From IMG/VR virus record IMGVR_UViG_2541047963_000003: a stretch of 42,009 bases of DNA; one strand, given 5' to 3'. The notes beneath the pieces are model-generated. The model did not search any database. It worked only from the letters and a program-made list of their open reading frames with translations, and had not been told where the DNA came from. A program made the position numbers and the translations under genes. This document shows positions 15,735 to 29,402 of the stretch, piece by piece; position 1 is the first letter of the stretch; the number at the start of each line of letters is the position of its first letter. The DNA is from a virus (Duplodnaviria > Heunggongvirae > Uroviricota > Caudoviricetes).

Positions 15735-16041
15735 TATGCACGAAAAAGAGAGCCTTGCCGGAGCGTTCTGGCTCGTTTTGCTGATCATCGCAGGTTGGGG
15801 CGGTCTGGTCCGCTACCTGATAGATGTGAAGCAGAGTAAAGCAACGTGGAGTTGGATAAATGCTCTGGCTCAAATAGTGGTATCAGGATTCACCGGTGTT
15901 ATTGGTGGCCTGATCAGCATCGAAAGTGGATTCAGTATTTACATGATTCTCGCGACAGCGGGGATTAGTGGTGCGATGGGTTCGGTTGCACTGACGTACT
16001 TCTGGGAACGACTGACAGGGGTGAAAAATGCAAAATCTTAA
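15735..16041 (+). CDS. Holin, class I (three predicted transmembrane segments), non-lambda sequence
   Basis: Hydrophobic segments LAGAFWLVLLIIAGWGGLV, INALAQIVVSGFTGVIGGLI, IYMILATAGISGAMGSVAL; charged C-terminus; immediately upstream of and overlapping R; an in-frame TTG at 15724 gives a possible dual-start. Confidence 0.75.
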
Positions 16042-16504
16042 TCCTCAGCGTAAAGCTTTCCTCGATATGTTGGCGTGGTCAGAAGGAACGGATAACGGAC
16101 GGCAGCCAACCCGCAATCACGGCTACGACGTCATTGTTGGCGGAGAGCTATTCACTGATTACTCCGATCACCCTCGCAAACTTGTCACGCTAAACCCCAA
16201 ACTCAAATCAACAGCAGCCGGACGTTACCAGCTTCTTTCCCGTTGGTGGGATGCTTACCGTAAGCAGCTTGGCCTGAAAGACTTCTCTCCCAAAAGTCAG
16301 GACGCTGTGGCACTGCAACAGATTAAAGAGCGTGGCGCTTTACCGATGATTGACCGCGGTGATATTCGTCAGGCAATCGACCGTTGCAGCAATATCTGGG
16401 CTTCACTGCCGGGCGCTGGTTATGGCCAGTTCGAGCATAATGCTGACAGCCTGATTGCAAAATTCAAAGAAGCAGGCGGAACGGTCAGAGAGATTGAGGT
16501 ATGA
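16028..16504 (+). CDS. R: Endolysin R (lambda-type lytic transglycosylase)
   Basis: 158-aa ORF near-identical by recollection to lambda R ([21 protein letters not shown]...). Confidence 0.95.
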   Translation: MQNLNPQRKAFLDMLAWSEGTDNGRQPTRNHGYDVIVGGELFTDYSDHPRKLVTLNPKLKSTAAGRYQLLSRWWDAYRKQLGLKDFSPKSQDAVALQQIKERGALPMIDRGDIRQAIDRCSNIWASLPGAGYGQFEHNADSLIAKFKEAGGTVREIEV

Positions 16505-16962
16505 GCAGAGTCACCGCGATTATCTCCGCTCTGATTATCTGCATCATCGTCTGCCTGTCATGGTCTGTTAATCATTACCGTGATAACGCCATTACCTACA
16601 AAGCCCAGCGCGACAAAAATGCCAGAGAACTGAAGCTGGCGAACGCGGCAATTACTGACATGCAGATGCGTCAGCGTGATGTTGCTGCGCTCGATGCAAA
16701 ATACACGAAGGAGTTAGCTGATGCGAAAGCTGAAAATGATGCTCTGCGTGATGATGTTGCCGCTGGTCGTCGTCGGTTGCACATCAAAGCAGTCTGTCAG
16801 TCAGTGCGTGAAGCCACCACCGCCTCCGGCGTGGATAATGCAGCCTCCCCCCGACTGGCAGACACCGCTGAACGGGATTATTTCACCCTCAGAGAGAGGC
16901 TGATCACTATGCAAAAACAACTGGAAGGAACCCAGAAGTATATTAATGAGCAGTGCAGATAG
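16501..16962 (+). CDS. Rz: Spanin inner-membrane subunit Rz
   Basis: 153 aa with N-terminal TM segment and coiled-coil body; matches lambda Rz. Confidence 0.9.
   Translation: MSRVTAIISALIICIIVCLSWSVNHYRDNAITYKAQRDKNARELKLANAAITDMQMRQRDVAALDAKYTKELADAKAENDALRDDVAAGRRRLHIKAVCQSVREATTASGVDNAASPRLADTAERDYFTLRERLITMQKQLEGTQKYINEQCR
16721..16903 (+). CDS. Rz1: Spanin outer-membrane lipoprotein Rz1, embedded in Rz in the +1 frame
   Basis: 60-aa ORF with lipobox (VVGC) and the proline run [15 protein letters not shown], as in lambda Rz1. Confidence 0.85.
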   Translation: MRKLKMMLCVMMLPLVVVGCTSKQSVSQCVKPPPPPAWIMQPPPDWQTPLNGIISPSERG

Positions 16963-16993
16963 AGCTGCCCATATCGATGGGCAACTCATGCAA

Positions 16994-17287
16994 TTATTGT
17001 GAGCAATACACACGCGCTTCCAGCGGAGTATAAATGCCTAAAGTAATAAAACCGAGCAATCCATTTACGAATGTTTGCTGGGTTTCTGTTTTAACAACAT
17101 TTTCTGCACCACCACAAATTTTTGCTGCATCGACAGTTTTCTTCTGCCCAATTCCCGAAACGAAGAAATGATGGGTGATGGTTTCCTTTGGTGTTACTGC
17201 TGTAGGTTTGTTTCCAACAGTAAATGTCTGTTGAGCACATCCTGTAATAAGCATTGCCAGAGCGGCAGAAAACAACATTTTTTTCAT
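16994..17287 (-). CDS. bor: Bor lipoprotein (serum-resistance moron)
   Basis: 97 aa from MKKMLFSAALAMLITGCAQQTF...; matches lambda Bor; the track ORF extends 16 codons further upstream. Confidence 0.9.
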   Translation of the reverse strand: MKKMLFSAALAMLITGCAQQTFTVGNKPTAVTPKETITHHFFVSGIGQKKTVDAAKICGGAENVVKTETQQTFVNGLLGFITLGIYTPLEARVYCSQ

Positions 17288-17767
17288 CTTATTATCCTGC
17301 ATTGTTAAAAACGGCAGAATCCTATGTGACAACAATTAAACGATAGTTAAATGGATTGATGAAAATTAAAACTACACAGGTGGGCTCAGACTATTGGAGG
17401 AAGTTGGGGACACTCAGAATCCTGTGGAATGAAATAAACCGGTCTATCCGTCCATTACCCTTTTAGCTGCGCTGTATCGTCGCCGGATTCCCGCATTAAC
17501 CATGACCGTAGCCCGACGGGGAATTCCTTCTGCGTGAGTGTGCGGGAATAATTAAAAACGATGCACACCGGGTTTTTACCGCGTTAATGATTCGCGGGTT
17601 TATCCCGGTGCGATGGTGGAAGAAACAGGAAGCTGTATTACAGAAAGTGCTACTACTGTATCCCGATGCGATGTATGTAATGTGAGTCAGATAATGGCAC
17701 AGGATGTGGTGATGTGGCAGTCTGGAACACAGGATATATTGTCAGAATAAGACCCGTAGGAATAAAA

Positions 17768-18094
17768 ATGAAAAGACGCCTTTTACTACTTTTTCTGTTA
17801 TCTGTCCTGGCAGTGGGATGCTCGCAGCAAAAAGCTGATGAGCCCCGGCAATTAGTGACGGTGTATCCACGATATCCGGAATATGCTGCAGCAAATTATA
17901 TCAAGGGGCTGGTTGAGGTTAAGTTCGATATTGGTGCTGATGGGACTGTGACACGGATCGTTTTTCTCCGCTCAGAGCCTCATAATTTGTTTCGTGATGA
18001 AGTGGTGAAGGCCATGGCGAAATGGCGATTTGAAAAGAATCGCCCCTGTCAGGGAGTGAAGAGACAATTTATCTTTACGCCGTCACGTCCTTGA
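17768..18094 (+). CDS. Lipoprotein with a TonB C-terminal-like domain
   Basis: Signal peptide plus lipobox (MKRRLLLLFLLSVLAVGC); segment YPEYAAANYIKGLVEVKFDIGADGTVTRIVFLRSEPHNLFRDEVVKAMAKWRFE aligns by eye with E. coli TonB C-terminal domain ([45 protein letters not shown]); RBS AGGA 7 nt upstream. Confidence 0.6.
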   Translation: MKRRLLLLFLLSVLAVGCSQQKADEPRQLVTVYPRYPEYAAANYIKGLVEVKFDIGADGTVTRIVFLRSEPHNLFRDEVVKAMAKWRFEKNRPCQGVKRQFIFTPSRP

Positions 18095-18457
18095 TGCTTC
18101 CAGGTAGAGAGGGGCTGGAAGCAGGAGAAAAATGAAAGAGCCAGCGGTTATATTTTTGTCATGGCTGACGAGGAATGATGGAAGAAGGCGTTGTATGCCA
18201 CACAACGCCTCACTGTTCATTTCTTCTTTTTCTCTGGTGGAACCCGATGAATAAGAGTTGCACTGGTTTCCGATGAGATGGCGATATACTCGGGCAAAGT
18301 ATGCTGGCAGTTTTCCAACTGGTCAAAAATACCTGCTCTCGTCTGTTGCAATGCCTGCAGCATGCGGCGGCAATGCGCCTTGCTTTTACTAACCATCTTT
18401 CCTTCCTCTATCAGTCGCTGCGTGAACTCATCATGGAATACCAGGTAAATGCGGATG

Positions 18458-18709
18458 TTATCGGTTTTGGCTACGCAGCATAGTACAAAACGGACAGGTG
18501 CATCCCGGGACGGGGGAGGCGTCACATGTCCCTGTGATGGTTGTTCCGGGTAATGTACTGTGTGGGGCATAAAAATGTCCGATAATTTTACTTTCTACCG
18601 CAGTTAGTTGATTCGTTGGTCCTGGTAGCACATTGGGCGAGGATTTAAATGCCAGGCAACTGAAGGATGATGTCGCAAGGGAGATAGCGAGAATATTTCT
18701 GATTTTCAT
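18458..18709 (-). CDS. Hypothetical small secreted Cys-containing protein
   Basis: 83 aa from internal ATG (MKIRNILAISLATSSFSCLA...) with signal-peptide-like N-terminus and GTCDASPVPGCTCPFC; overlaps other ORFs on both strands, so the true coding frame here is uncertain. Confidence 0.25.
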   Translation of the reverse strand: MKIRNILAISLATSSFSCLAFKSSPNVLPGPTNQLTAVESKIIGHFYAPHSTLPGTTITGTCDASPVPGCTCPFCTMLRSQNR

Positions 18710-18829
18710 TTGATGATGCCTCTGTGTGAAATGACGGTAAACGACGCACTTGTGCCGGCACGTAATAGCAAGCACCATAATAGATCAGATTCGATTCTTG
18801 CTGTAAGTGATAATTATTCTCGTTTTTGG

Positions 18830-19040
18830 GTCCTTTCCGTCGATCCAACAGGTTACGGGGCGGCGACCTCGCGGGTTTTCGCTATTTATGAAAATTTTCC
18901 GGTTTAAGGCGTTTCCGTTCTTCTTCGCCGTAACTTAATGTTTTTATTTAAAATACCCCCTGAAAAGAAAGGAAGCGACAGGTGCTGAAAACGGGCTTTT
19001 TGGCCTCTGTCGTTTCCTTTCTCTGTTTTTGTCCGTGGAA
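18830..19040. other. cos: cos packaging site (cosQ, cosN, cosB)
   Basis: GGGCGGCGACCT at 18858-18869 is the lambda 12-nt cohesive end, followed by CGCGGGTTTTCGCTATTTATGAAAATTTTCCGG (lambda left-end sequence); Nu1 starts 178 nt downstream. Confidence 0.85.
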
Positions 19041-19046
19041 TGAACA

Positions 19047-19566
19047 ATGGAAGTCAACAAAAAGCAGCTGGCTGACATTTTCGGTGCGAGTATCCGTACC
19101 ATTCAGAACTGGCAGGAACAGGGAATGCCCGTTCTGCGAGGCGGTGGCAAGGGTAATGAGGTGCTTTATGACTCTGCCGCCGTTATAAAATGGTATGCCG
19201 AAAGGGATGCTGAAATTGAGAACGAAAAGCTGCGCCGGGAGGTTGAAGAACTGCGACAGGCCAGCGAGGCAGATCTCCAGCCAGGGACTATTGAGTACGA
19301 ACGCCATCGACTTACGCGTGCGCAGGCCGACGCACAGGAGCTGAAAAATGCCAGAGACTCCGCTGAAGTGGTGGAAACTGCATTCTGTACTTTCGTGCTG
19401 TCGCGGATCGCAGGTGAAATTGCCAGTATTCTCGACGGGATCCCCCTGTCGGTGCAGCGGCGTTTTCCGGAACTGGAAAACCGACATGTTGATTTCCTGA
19501 AACGGGATATCATCAAAGCCATGAACAAAGCAGCCGCGCTGGATGAACTGATACCGGGGTTGCTGA

Positions 19567-19592
<26 letters not shown>
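19047..19592 (+). CDS. nu1: Terminase small subunit Nu1
   Basis: 181-aa ORF matching lambda Nu1 (MEVNKKQLADIFGASIRTIQNWQEQGMPV...). Confidence 0.95.
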
Positions 19593-23273
<3,681 letters not shown>

Positions 23274-23293
<20 letters not shown>

Positions 23294-24593
23294 TCTCCCG
23301 CATATTGCCAGTATGGCCTTTAATGAGCCGCTGATGCTTGAACCCGCCTATGCGCGGGTTTTCTTTTGTGCGCTTGCAGGCCAGCTTGGGATCAGCCGCC
23401 TGACGGATGCGGTATCCGGCGACAGCCTGACTGCCGGAGAGGCACCCGCGGCGCTGGCGTTATCCGTTGATGATGACGGACCACGACAGGCCCGCAGTTA
23501 TCAGGTCATGAACGGCATCGCCGTGCTGCCGGTGTCCGGCACGCTGGTCAGTCGGACGCGAGCGCTGCAGCCGTATTCGGGGATGACCGGTTACAACGGC
23601 ATTATCGCCCGTCTGCAACAGGCTGCCAGCGACCCGATGGTGGACGGCATTCTGCTCGATATGGATACGCCAGGCGGGATGGTGGCAGGGGCATTTGACT
23701 GCGCTGACATCATCGCCCGTGTGCGTGACATAAAGCCGGTATGGGCGCTGGCCAACGACATGAACTGCAGTGCAGGTCAGCTGCTTGCCAGCGCCGCCTC
23801 CCGACGTCTGGTCACGCAGACCGCCCGGACAGGCTCCATCGGCGTCATGATGGCTCACAGTAATTACGGTGCTGCGCTGGAGAAACAGGGTGTGGAAATC
23901 ACGCTGATTTACAGCGGCAGCCATAAGGTGGATGGCAACCCCTACAGCCATCTACCGGATGATGTCCGGGAAACACTGCAGTCCCGGATGGATGCAACCC
24001 GCCGGATGTTTGCACAGAAGGTGTCGGCATATACCGGCCTGTCCGTGCAGGCTGTGCTGGATACCGAGGCTGCAGTGTACAGCGGTCAGGAGGCCATTGA
24101 TGCCGGACTGGCTGATGAACTTGTTAACAGTACCGATGCGATCACCGTCATGCGTGATGCACTGGATACACGTAAATCCCGTCTCTCAGGAGGGCGAATG
24201 ACCAAAGAGACTCAATCAACAACTGTTTCAGCCACTGCTTCGCAGGCTGACGTTACTGGCGTGGTGCCAGCGACGGAGGGCGAGAACGCCAGCGCTGCGC
24301 AGCCGGACGTGAACGCGCAGATCACCGCAGCGGTTGCGGCAGAAAACAGTCGCATTATGGGGATCCTCAACTGTGAGGAGGCTCACGGACGCGAAGAACA
24401 GGCACGCGTGCTGGCCGAAACCCCCGGTATGACCGTGGAAACGGCCCGCCGCATTCTGGCCGCAGCACCACAGAGTGCACAGGCGCGCAGTGACACTGCG
24501 CTGGATCGTCTGATGCAGGGGGCACCGGCACCGCTGGCTGCAGGTAACCCGGCATCTGATGCCGTTAACGATTTGCTGAACACACCAGTGTAA
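23274..24593 (+). CDS. C: Prohead protease / minor capsid protein C
   Basis: GTG start at 23274 (VTAELRNLPHIASMAF...), 439 aa, overlapping the B end by 20 nt as in lambda. Confidence 0.9.
23988..24593 (+). CDS. nu3: Scaffolding protein Nu3 (in-frame internal start within C)
   Basis: In-frame ATG at 23988 (MDATRRMFAQK...) sharing the C stop, as in lambda. Confidence 0.75.
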   Translation: MDATRRMFAQKVSAYTGLSVQAVLDTEAAVYSGQEAIDAGLADELVNSTDAITVMRDALDTRKSRLSGGRMTKETQSTTVSATASQADVTGVVPATEGENASAAQPDVNAQITAAVAAENSRIMGILNCEEAHGREEQARVLAETPGMTVETARRILAAAPQSAQARSDTALDRLMQGAPAPLAAGNPASDAVNDLLNTPV

Positions 24594-24602
24594 GGGATGT
24601 TT

Positions 24603-24935
24603 ATGACGAGCAAAGAAACCTTTACCCATTACCAGCCGCTGGGCAACAGTGACCCGGCACATACCGCAACCGCGCCCGGCGGATTGAGTGCGAAAGCGCC
24701 TGCAATGACCCCGCTGATGCCGGATACCTCCACCCGTAAGCTGGTTGCGTGGGATGGCACCACCGACGGTGCTGCCGTTGGCATCCTGGCGGTTGCTGCT
24801 GACCAGACCAGCACCACGCTGACGTTCTACAAGTCAGGCACGTTCCGTTATGAGGATGTGCTCTGGCCGGAGACTGCCACCGACGAGACGAAAAAACGGA
24901 CCGCGTTTGCCGGAACGGCAATCAGCATCGTTTAA
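24603..24935 (+). CDS. D: Head decoration protein D
   Basis: 110 aa from [27 protein letters not shown]...; matches lambda gpD. Confidence 0.9.
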   Translation: MTSKETFTHYQPLGNSDPAHTATAPGGLSAKAPAMTPLMPDTSTRKLVAWDGTTDGAAVGILAVAADQTSTTLTFYKSGTFRYEDVLWPETATDETKKRTAFAGTAISIV

Positions 24936-24990
24936 CCTTACCCTTCATCACTAAAGGCCGCCTGTGCGGCTTTTTTTACGGGATTTTTTT

Positions 24991-26016
24991 ATGTCGATAT
25001 ACACAACCGCCCAGCTGCTGGCGGCAAATGAGCAGAAATTTAAGTTTGATCCGCTGTTTCTGCGTCTCTTTTTCCGTGAGAGCTATCCCTTCACCACGGA
25101 GAAAGTCTATCTCTCACAAATTCCGGGACTGGTAAACATGGCGCTGTACGTTTCGCCGATTGTTTCCGGTGAGGTTATCCGCTCCCGTGGCGGCTCCACC
25201 TCTGAATTTACGCCGGGATATGTCAAACCCAAGCATGAGGTGAATCCGCAGATGACCCTGCGTCGAACGCCTGATGAAGACCCGAAGAATCTGGCAGACC
25301 CTGCTTACCGCCGCCGTCGCATCATCCTGCAGAACATGCGCGATGAGGAGCTTGCCATTGCCCAGGTCGAAGAGATGCAGGCCGTTTCTGCCGTGCTCAA
25401 GGGCAAATACACCATGACCGGTGAAGCCTTCGATCCGGTTGAGGTGGATATGGGCCGCAGTGCGGCGAATAACATCACGCAGTCCGGCGGCACGGAGTGG
25501 AGCAAGCGTGACAAGTCCACGTATGACCCGACCGACGATATCGAAGCCTACGCGCTGAACGCCAGCGGTGTGGTGAATATCATCGTGTTCGATCCGAAAG
25601 GCTGGGCGCTGTTCCGTTCCTTCAAAGCCGTCAAGGAGAAGCTGGATACCCGTCGCGGCTCAAATTCCGAGCTGGAGACAGCGGTAAAAGACCTGGGCGA
25701 AGCGGTGTCCTATAAGGGGATGTATGGCGATACGGCGATCGTCGTGTATTCCGGACAGTACGTGGAAAACGACGTCAAAAAGAACTTCCTGCCGGACAAC
25801 ACGATGGTGCTGGGGAACACTCAGGCACGCGGTCTGCGCACCTATGGCTGCATTCAGGATGCGGACGCACAGCGCGAAGGTATTAACGCCTCTGCCCGCT
25901 ACCCGAAAAACTGGGTGACCACCGGCGATCCGGCGCGTGAGTTCACCATGATTCAGTCAGCACCGCTGATGCTGCTGGCTGACCCTGATGCGTTCGTGTC
26001 CGTACAACTGGCGTAA
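24991..26016 (+). CDS. E: Major capsid protein E
   Basis: 341 aa from MSIYTTAQLLAANEQKFKFDPLFLRLFFRESYPFTTEKVY...; matches lambda gpE. Confidence 0.95.
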   Translation: MSIYTTAQLLAANEQKFKFDPLFLRLFFRESYPFTTEKVYLSQIPGLVNMALYVSPIVSGEVIRSRGGSTSEFTPGYVKPKHEVNPQMTLRRTPDEDPKNLADPAYRRRRIILQNMRDEELAIAQVEEMQAVSAVLKGKYTMTGEAFDPVEVDMGRSAANNITQSGGTEWSKRDKSTYDPTDDIEAYALNASGVVNIIVFDPKGWALFRSFKAVKEKLDTRRGSNSELETAVKDLGEAVSYKGMYGDTAIVVYSGQYVENDVKKNFLPDNTMVLGNTQARGLRTYGCIQDADAQREGINASARYPKNWVTTGDPAREFTMIQSAPLMLLADPDAFVSVQLA

Positions 26017-26057
26017 TCATGGCCCTTCGGGGCCATTTTCTCTCTGTGGAGGAGTCC

Positions 26058-26453
26058 ATGACGAAAGATGAACTGATTGCCCGTCTTCAGGTGCTGGGTG
26101 AGCAACTGAACCGTGATGTCAGCCTGACGGGGACGAAAGAAGAACTGGCACTCCGTGTGGCAGAGCTGGAAGAGGAGCTTGATGACACGGATGACGCTGC
26201 CGGTCAGGACACATCTGTCAGCCCGGAAAATGCGTTGACCGGACATGAAAATGAGGTGGTATCAGCGCAGCCGGATACCGTGACTGATACGGCTGATCTG
26301 GTCACGGTTGTGGCACTGGTGACGCTGCATACTGATGCACTTCACGCCACGCGGGATGAGGCTGTGGCATTTGTGCTGCCGGGAACGGCGTTCCGTGTCT
26401 CTGCCGGTGTGGCAGCCGAAATGACAGCGCGCGGCCTGGCCAGAATGCAATAA
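26058..26453 (+). CDS. FI: DNA packaging protein FI
   Basis: 131 aa from MTKDELIARLQVLGEQLNRDVSLTGTKEELALRVAELEEELDD...; matches lambda FI. Confidence 0.85.
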   Translation: MTKDELIARLQVLGEQLNRDVSLTGTKEELALRVAELEEELDDTDDAAGQDTSVSPENALTGHENEVVSAQPDTVTDTADLVTVVALVTLHTDALHATRDEAVAFVLPGTAFRVSAGVAAEMTARGLARMQ

Positions 26454-26464
26454 CGGGAGGCGCT

Positions 26465-26818
26465 GTGGCTGATTTCGATAACCTGTTCGATGCTGCCATT
26501 GCCCGCGCCGATGAAACGATACGCGGGTACATGGGAACGTCAGCCACCATGACATCCGGTGAGCAGTCAGGTGCTGTGATACGTGGTGTTTTTGATGACC
26601 CTGAAAATATCAGCTATGCCGGACAGGGCGTGCGCGTTGAAGGCTCCAGCCCGTCCCTGTTTGTCCGGACTGATGAGGTGCGGCAGCTGCGGCGTGGAGA
26701 CACGCTGACCATCGGTGAGGAAAACTTCTGGGTAGACCGGGTTTCGCCGGATGATGGCGGAAGCTGTCATCTCTGGCTTGGGCGTGGCGTGCCGCCTGCC
26801 GTTAACCGTCGTCGCTGA
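26465..26818 (+). CDS. FII: Head completion protein FII
   Basis: 117-aa ORF matching lambda FII. Confidence 0.9.
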   Translation: MADFDNLFDAAIARADETIRGYMGTSATMTSGEQSGAVIRGVFDDPENISYAGQGVRVEGSSPSLFVRTDEVRQLRRGDTLTIGEENFWVDRVSPDDGGSCHLWLGRGVPPAVNRRR

Positions 26819-26829
26819 AAGGGGGATGT

Positions 26830-27408
26830 ATGGCCATACAGGGTCTTGAGCAGGCCGTTGAAAACCTCAGCCGTATCAGCAAAACGGCGGTGCCCGGTGC
26901 CTCCGCAATGGCCATTAACCGCGTTGCTTCATCCGCGATATCGCAGTCTGCGTCACAGGTTGCCCGTGAGACAAAGGTACGCCGGAAACTGGTAAAGGAA
27001 AGGGCCAGGCTGAAAAGGGCCACGGTCAAAAATCCGCAGGCCAGAATCAAGGTTAACCGGGGGGATTTGCCCGTAATCAGGCTGGGTAACGCGCGGGTTG
27101 TCCTGTCCCGACGCAGGCGTCGTAAAAAGGGGCAGCGTTCATCCCTGAAAGGTGGCGACAGCGTGCTTGTGGTGGGAAACCGTCGTATTCCCGGCGCGTT
27201 TATTCAGCAACTGAAAAATGGCCGGTGGCATGTCATGCAGCGTGTGGCCGGGAAAAACCGTTACCCCATTGATGTGGTGAAAATCCCGATGGCAGTGCCG
27301 CTGACCACGGCGTTTAAACAGAATATTGAGCGGATACGGCGTGAACGTCTTCCGAAAGAGCTGGGCTATGCGCTGCAGCATCAACTGAGGATGGTAATAA
27401 AGCGATGA
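26830..27408 (+). CDS. Z: Tail completion protein Z
   Basis: 192-aa ORF matching lambda Z. Confidence 0.9.
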   Translation: MAIQGLEQAVENLSRISKTAVPGASAMAINRVASSAISQSASQVARETKVRRKLVKERARLKRATVKNPQARIKVNRGDLPVIRLGNARVVLSRRRRRKKGQRSSLKGGDSVLVVGNRRIPGAFIQQLKNGRWHVMQRVAGKNRYPIDVVKIPMAVPLTTAFKQNIERIRRERLPKELGYALQHQLRMVIKR

Positions 27409-27800
27409 AACATACAGAACTCCGTGCAGCCGTACTGGATGCACTGGAAAAACATGACACCGGGGCGACGCTTTTTGATGGTCGCCCCGCTGTTTTTGAT
27501 GAGGAGGATTTTCCGGCAGTTGCCGTTTATCTCACCGGCGCTGAATACACGGGCGAAGAGCTGGACAGCGATACCTGGCAGGCGGAGCTGCATATCGAAG
27601 TTTTCCTGCCTGCTCAGGTGCCGGATTCAGAGCTGGATGCGTGGATGGAGTCCCGGATTTATCCGGTGATGAGCGATATCCCGGCACTGTCAGATTTGAT
27701 CACCAGTATGGTGGCCAGTGGCTATGACTACCGGCGCGACGATGATGCGGGCCTGTGGAGTTCAGCCGATCTGACTTATGTCATTACCTATGAAATGTGA
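27405..27800 (+). CDS. U: Tail terminator protein U
   Basis: 131-aa ORF matching lambda U. Confidence 0.9.
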   Translation: MKHTELRAAVLDALEKHDTGATLFDGRPAVFDEEDFPAVAVYLTGAEYTGEELDSDTWQAELHIEVFLPAQVPDSELDAWMESRIYPVMSDIPALSDLITSMVASGYDYRRDDDAGLWSSADLTYVITYEM

Positions 27801-27807
27801 GGACGAT

Positions 27808-28548
27808 ATGCCAACACCAAATCCTCTGGCACCGGTGAAAGGGGCCGGGACCACACTGTGGGTTTATAACGGGAACGGCGACCCATATGCAAACCCGCTT
27901 TCAGACAATGACTGGTCGCGTCTGGCAAAGGTTAAAGACCTGACGCCCGGCGAACTGACCGCTGAGTCCTATGACGACAGTTATCTCGATGATGAAGATG
28001 CGGACTGGGCCGCGACCGGACAGGGGCAGAAATCCGCTGGAGATACCAGCTTCACGCTGGCGTGGATGCCCGGAGAGCAGGGGCAGCAGGCGCTGCTGGC
28101 GTGGTTTAATGAAGGTGATACCCGTGCCTATAAAATCCGCTTCCCGAACGGCACGGTCGATGTGTTCCGCGGCTGGGTCAGCAGTATCGGTAAGGCGGTG
28201 ACGGCGAAGGAAGTGATCACCCGCACGGTGAAAGTCACCAACGTGGGACGTCCGTCGATGGCAGAAGATCGCAGCACGGTAACAGCGGCAACCGGCATGA
28301 CCGTGACGCCTGCCAGCACCTCGGTGGTGAAAGGGCAGAGCACGACGCTGACCGTGGCATTCCAGCCGGAAGGCGCAACCGACAAGAGCTTCCGTGCGGT
28401 GTCTGCGGATAAAACAAAAGCCACCGTGTCGGTCAGTGGTATGACCATCACCGTGAAAGGTGTTGCTGCAGGCAAGGTCAACATTCCGGTCGTATCCGGT
28501 AATGGTGAGTTTGCTGCGGTTGCAGAAATCAACGTCACCGCCAGTTAA
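27808..28548 (+). CDS. V: Major tail tube protein V (with C-terminal Ig-like domain)
   Basis: 246 aa from [20 protein letters not shown]...; matches lambda gpV. Confidence 0.9.
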   Translation: MPTPNPLAPVKGAGTTLWVYNGNGDPYANPLSDNDWSRLAKVKDLTPGELTAESYDDSYLDDEDADWAATGQGQKSAGDTSFTLAWMPGEQGQQALLAWFNEGDTRAYKIRFPNGTVDVFRGWVSSIGKAVTAKEVITRTVKVTNVGRPSMAEDRSTVTAATGMTVTPASTSVVKGQSTTLTVAFQPEGATDKSFRAVSADKTKATVSVSGMTITVKGVAAGKVNIPVVSGNGEFAAVAEINVTAS

Positions 28549-28563
28549 TCCGGAGAATCAGCG

Positions 28564-28986
28564 ATGTTCCTGAAAACCGAATCATTTGAACATAACGGCG
28601 TGACCGTCACGCTTTCTGAACTGTCAGCCCTGCAGCGTATTGAGCATCTCGCCCTGATGAAACGGCAGGCAGAACAGGCGGAGTCAGACAGCAACCGGAA
28701 GTTTACTGTGGAAGACGCCATCAGAACCGGCGCTTTTGTGGTGGCGATGTCCCTGTGGCATAACCATCCGAAGAAGACGCAGATGCCGTCCATGAATGAA
28801 GCCGTTAAACAGATTGAGCAGGAAGTGCTTACCACCTGGCCCGCGGAGGCAATTTCTCATGCTGAAAACGTGGTGTACCGGCTGTCCGGTATGTATGAGT
28901 TTGTGGTGAATGATGCCCCTGAACAGGCAGAGGACGCCGGGCCTGCAGAGCCTGTTTCTGCGGGAAAGTGTTCGACGGTGAGCTGA
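28564..28986 (+). CDS. G: Tail assembly chaperone G
   Basis: 140-aa ORF matching lambda gpG; slippery heptamer GGGAAAG at 28962-28968 near its 3' end. Confidence 0.9.
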   Translation: MFLKTESFEHNGVTVTLSELSALQRIEHLALMKRQAEQAESDSNRKFTVEDAIRTGAFVVAMSLWHNHPKKTQMPSMNEAVKQIEQEVLTTWPAEAISHAENVVYRLSGMYEFVVNDAPEQAEDAGPAEPVSAGKCSTVS

Positions 28987-29402
28987 GTTTTGCCCTGAAA
29001 CTGGCGCGCGAGATGGGGCGACCCGACTGGCGTGCCATGCTTGCCGGGATGTCATCCACGGAGTATGCCGACTGGCACCGCTTTTACAGTACCCATTATT
29101 TTCATGATGTTCTGCTGGATATGCACTTTTCCGGGCTGACGTACACCGTGCTCAGCCTGTTTTTCAGCGATCCGGATATGCATCCGCTGGATTTCAGTCT
29201 GCTGAACCGGCGTGAGGCTGACGAAGAGCCTGAAGATGATGTGCTGATGCAGAAAGCGGCAGGGCTTGCCGGAGGCGTTCGTTTTGGCCCGGACGGGAAT
29301 GAAGTTATCCCCGCTTCCCCGGATGTGGCGGACATGACGGAGGATGACGTAATGCTGATGACAGTATCAGAAGGGATCGCAGGAGGAGTCCGGTATGGCT
29401 GA
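28968..29402 (+). CDS. T: T-frame extension of the G-T tail assembly chaperone (made by -1 programmed frameshift from G)
   Basis: Open -1 frame continues from the GGGAAAG slip site (VFDGELSFALKLAREMGRPDW...) and ends overlapping H, as in lambda gpGT. Confidence 0.8.
   Translation: MFDGELSFALKLAREMGRPDWRAMLAGMSSTEYADWHRFYSTHYFHDVLLDMHFSGLTYTVLSLFFSDPDMHPLDFSLLNRREADEEPEDDVLMQKAAGLAGGVRFGPDGNEVIPASPDVADMTEDDVMLMTVSEGIAGGVRYG

Noticed and set aside
16965-16982. 7-bp-stem hairpin TGCCCAT-ATCG-ATGGGCA between convergent Rz and bor
   Set aside because: No U-run on either side; too weak to call as a terminator without transcript data.
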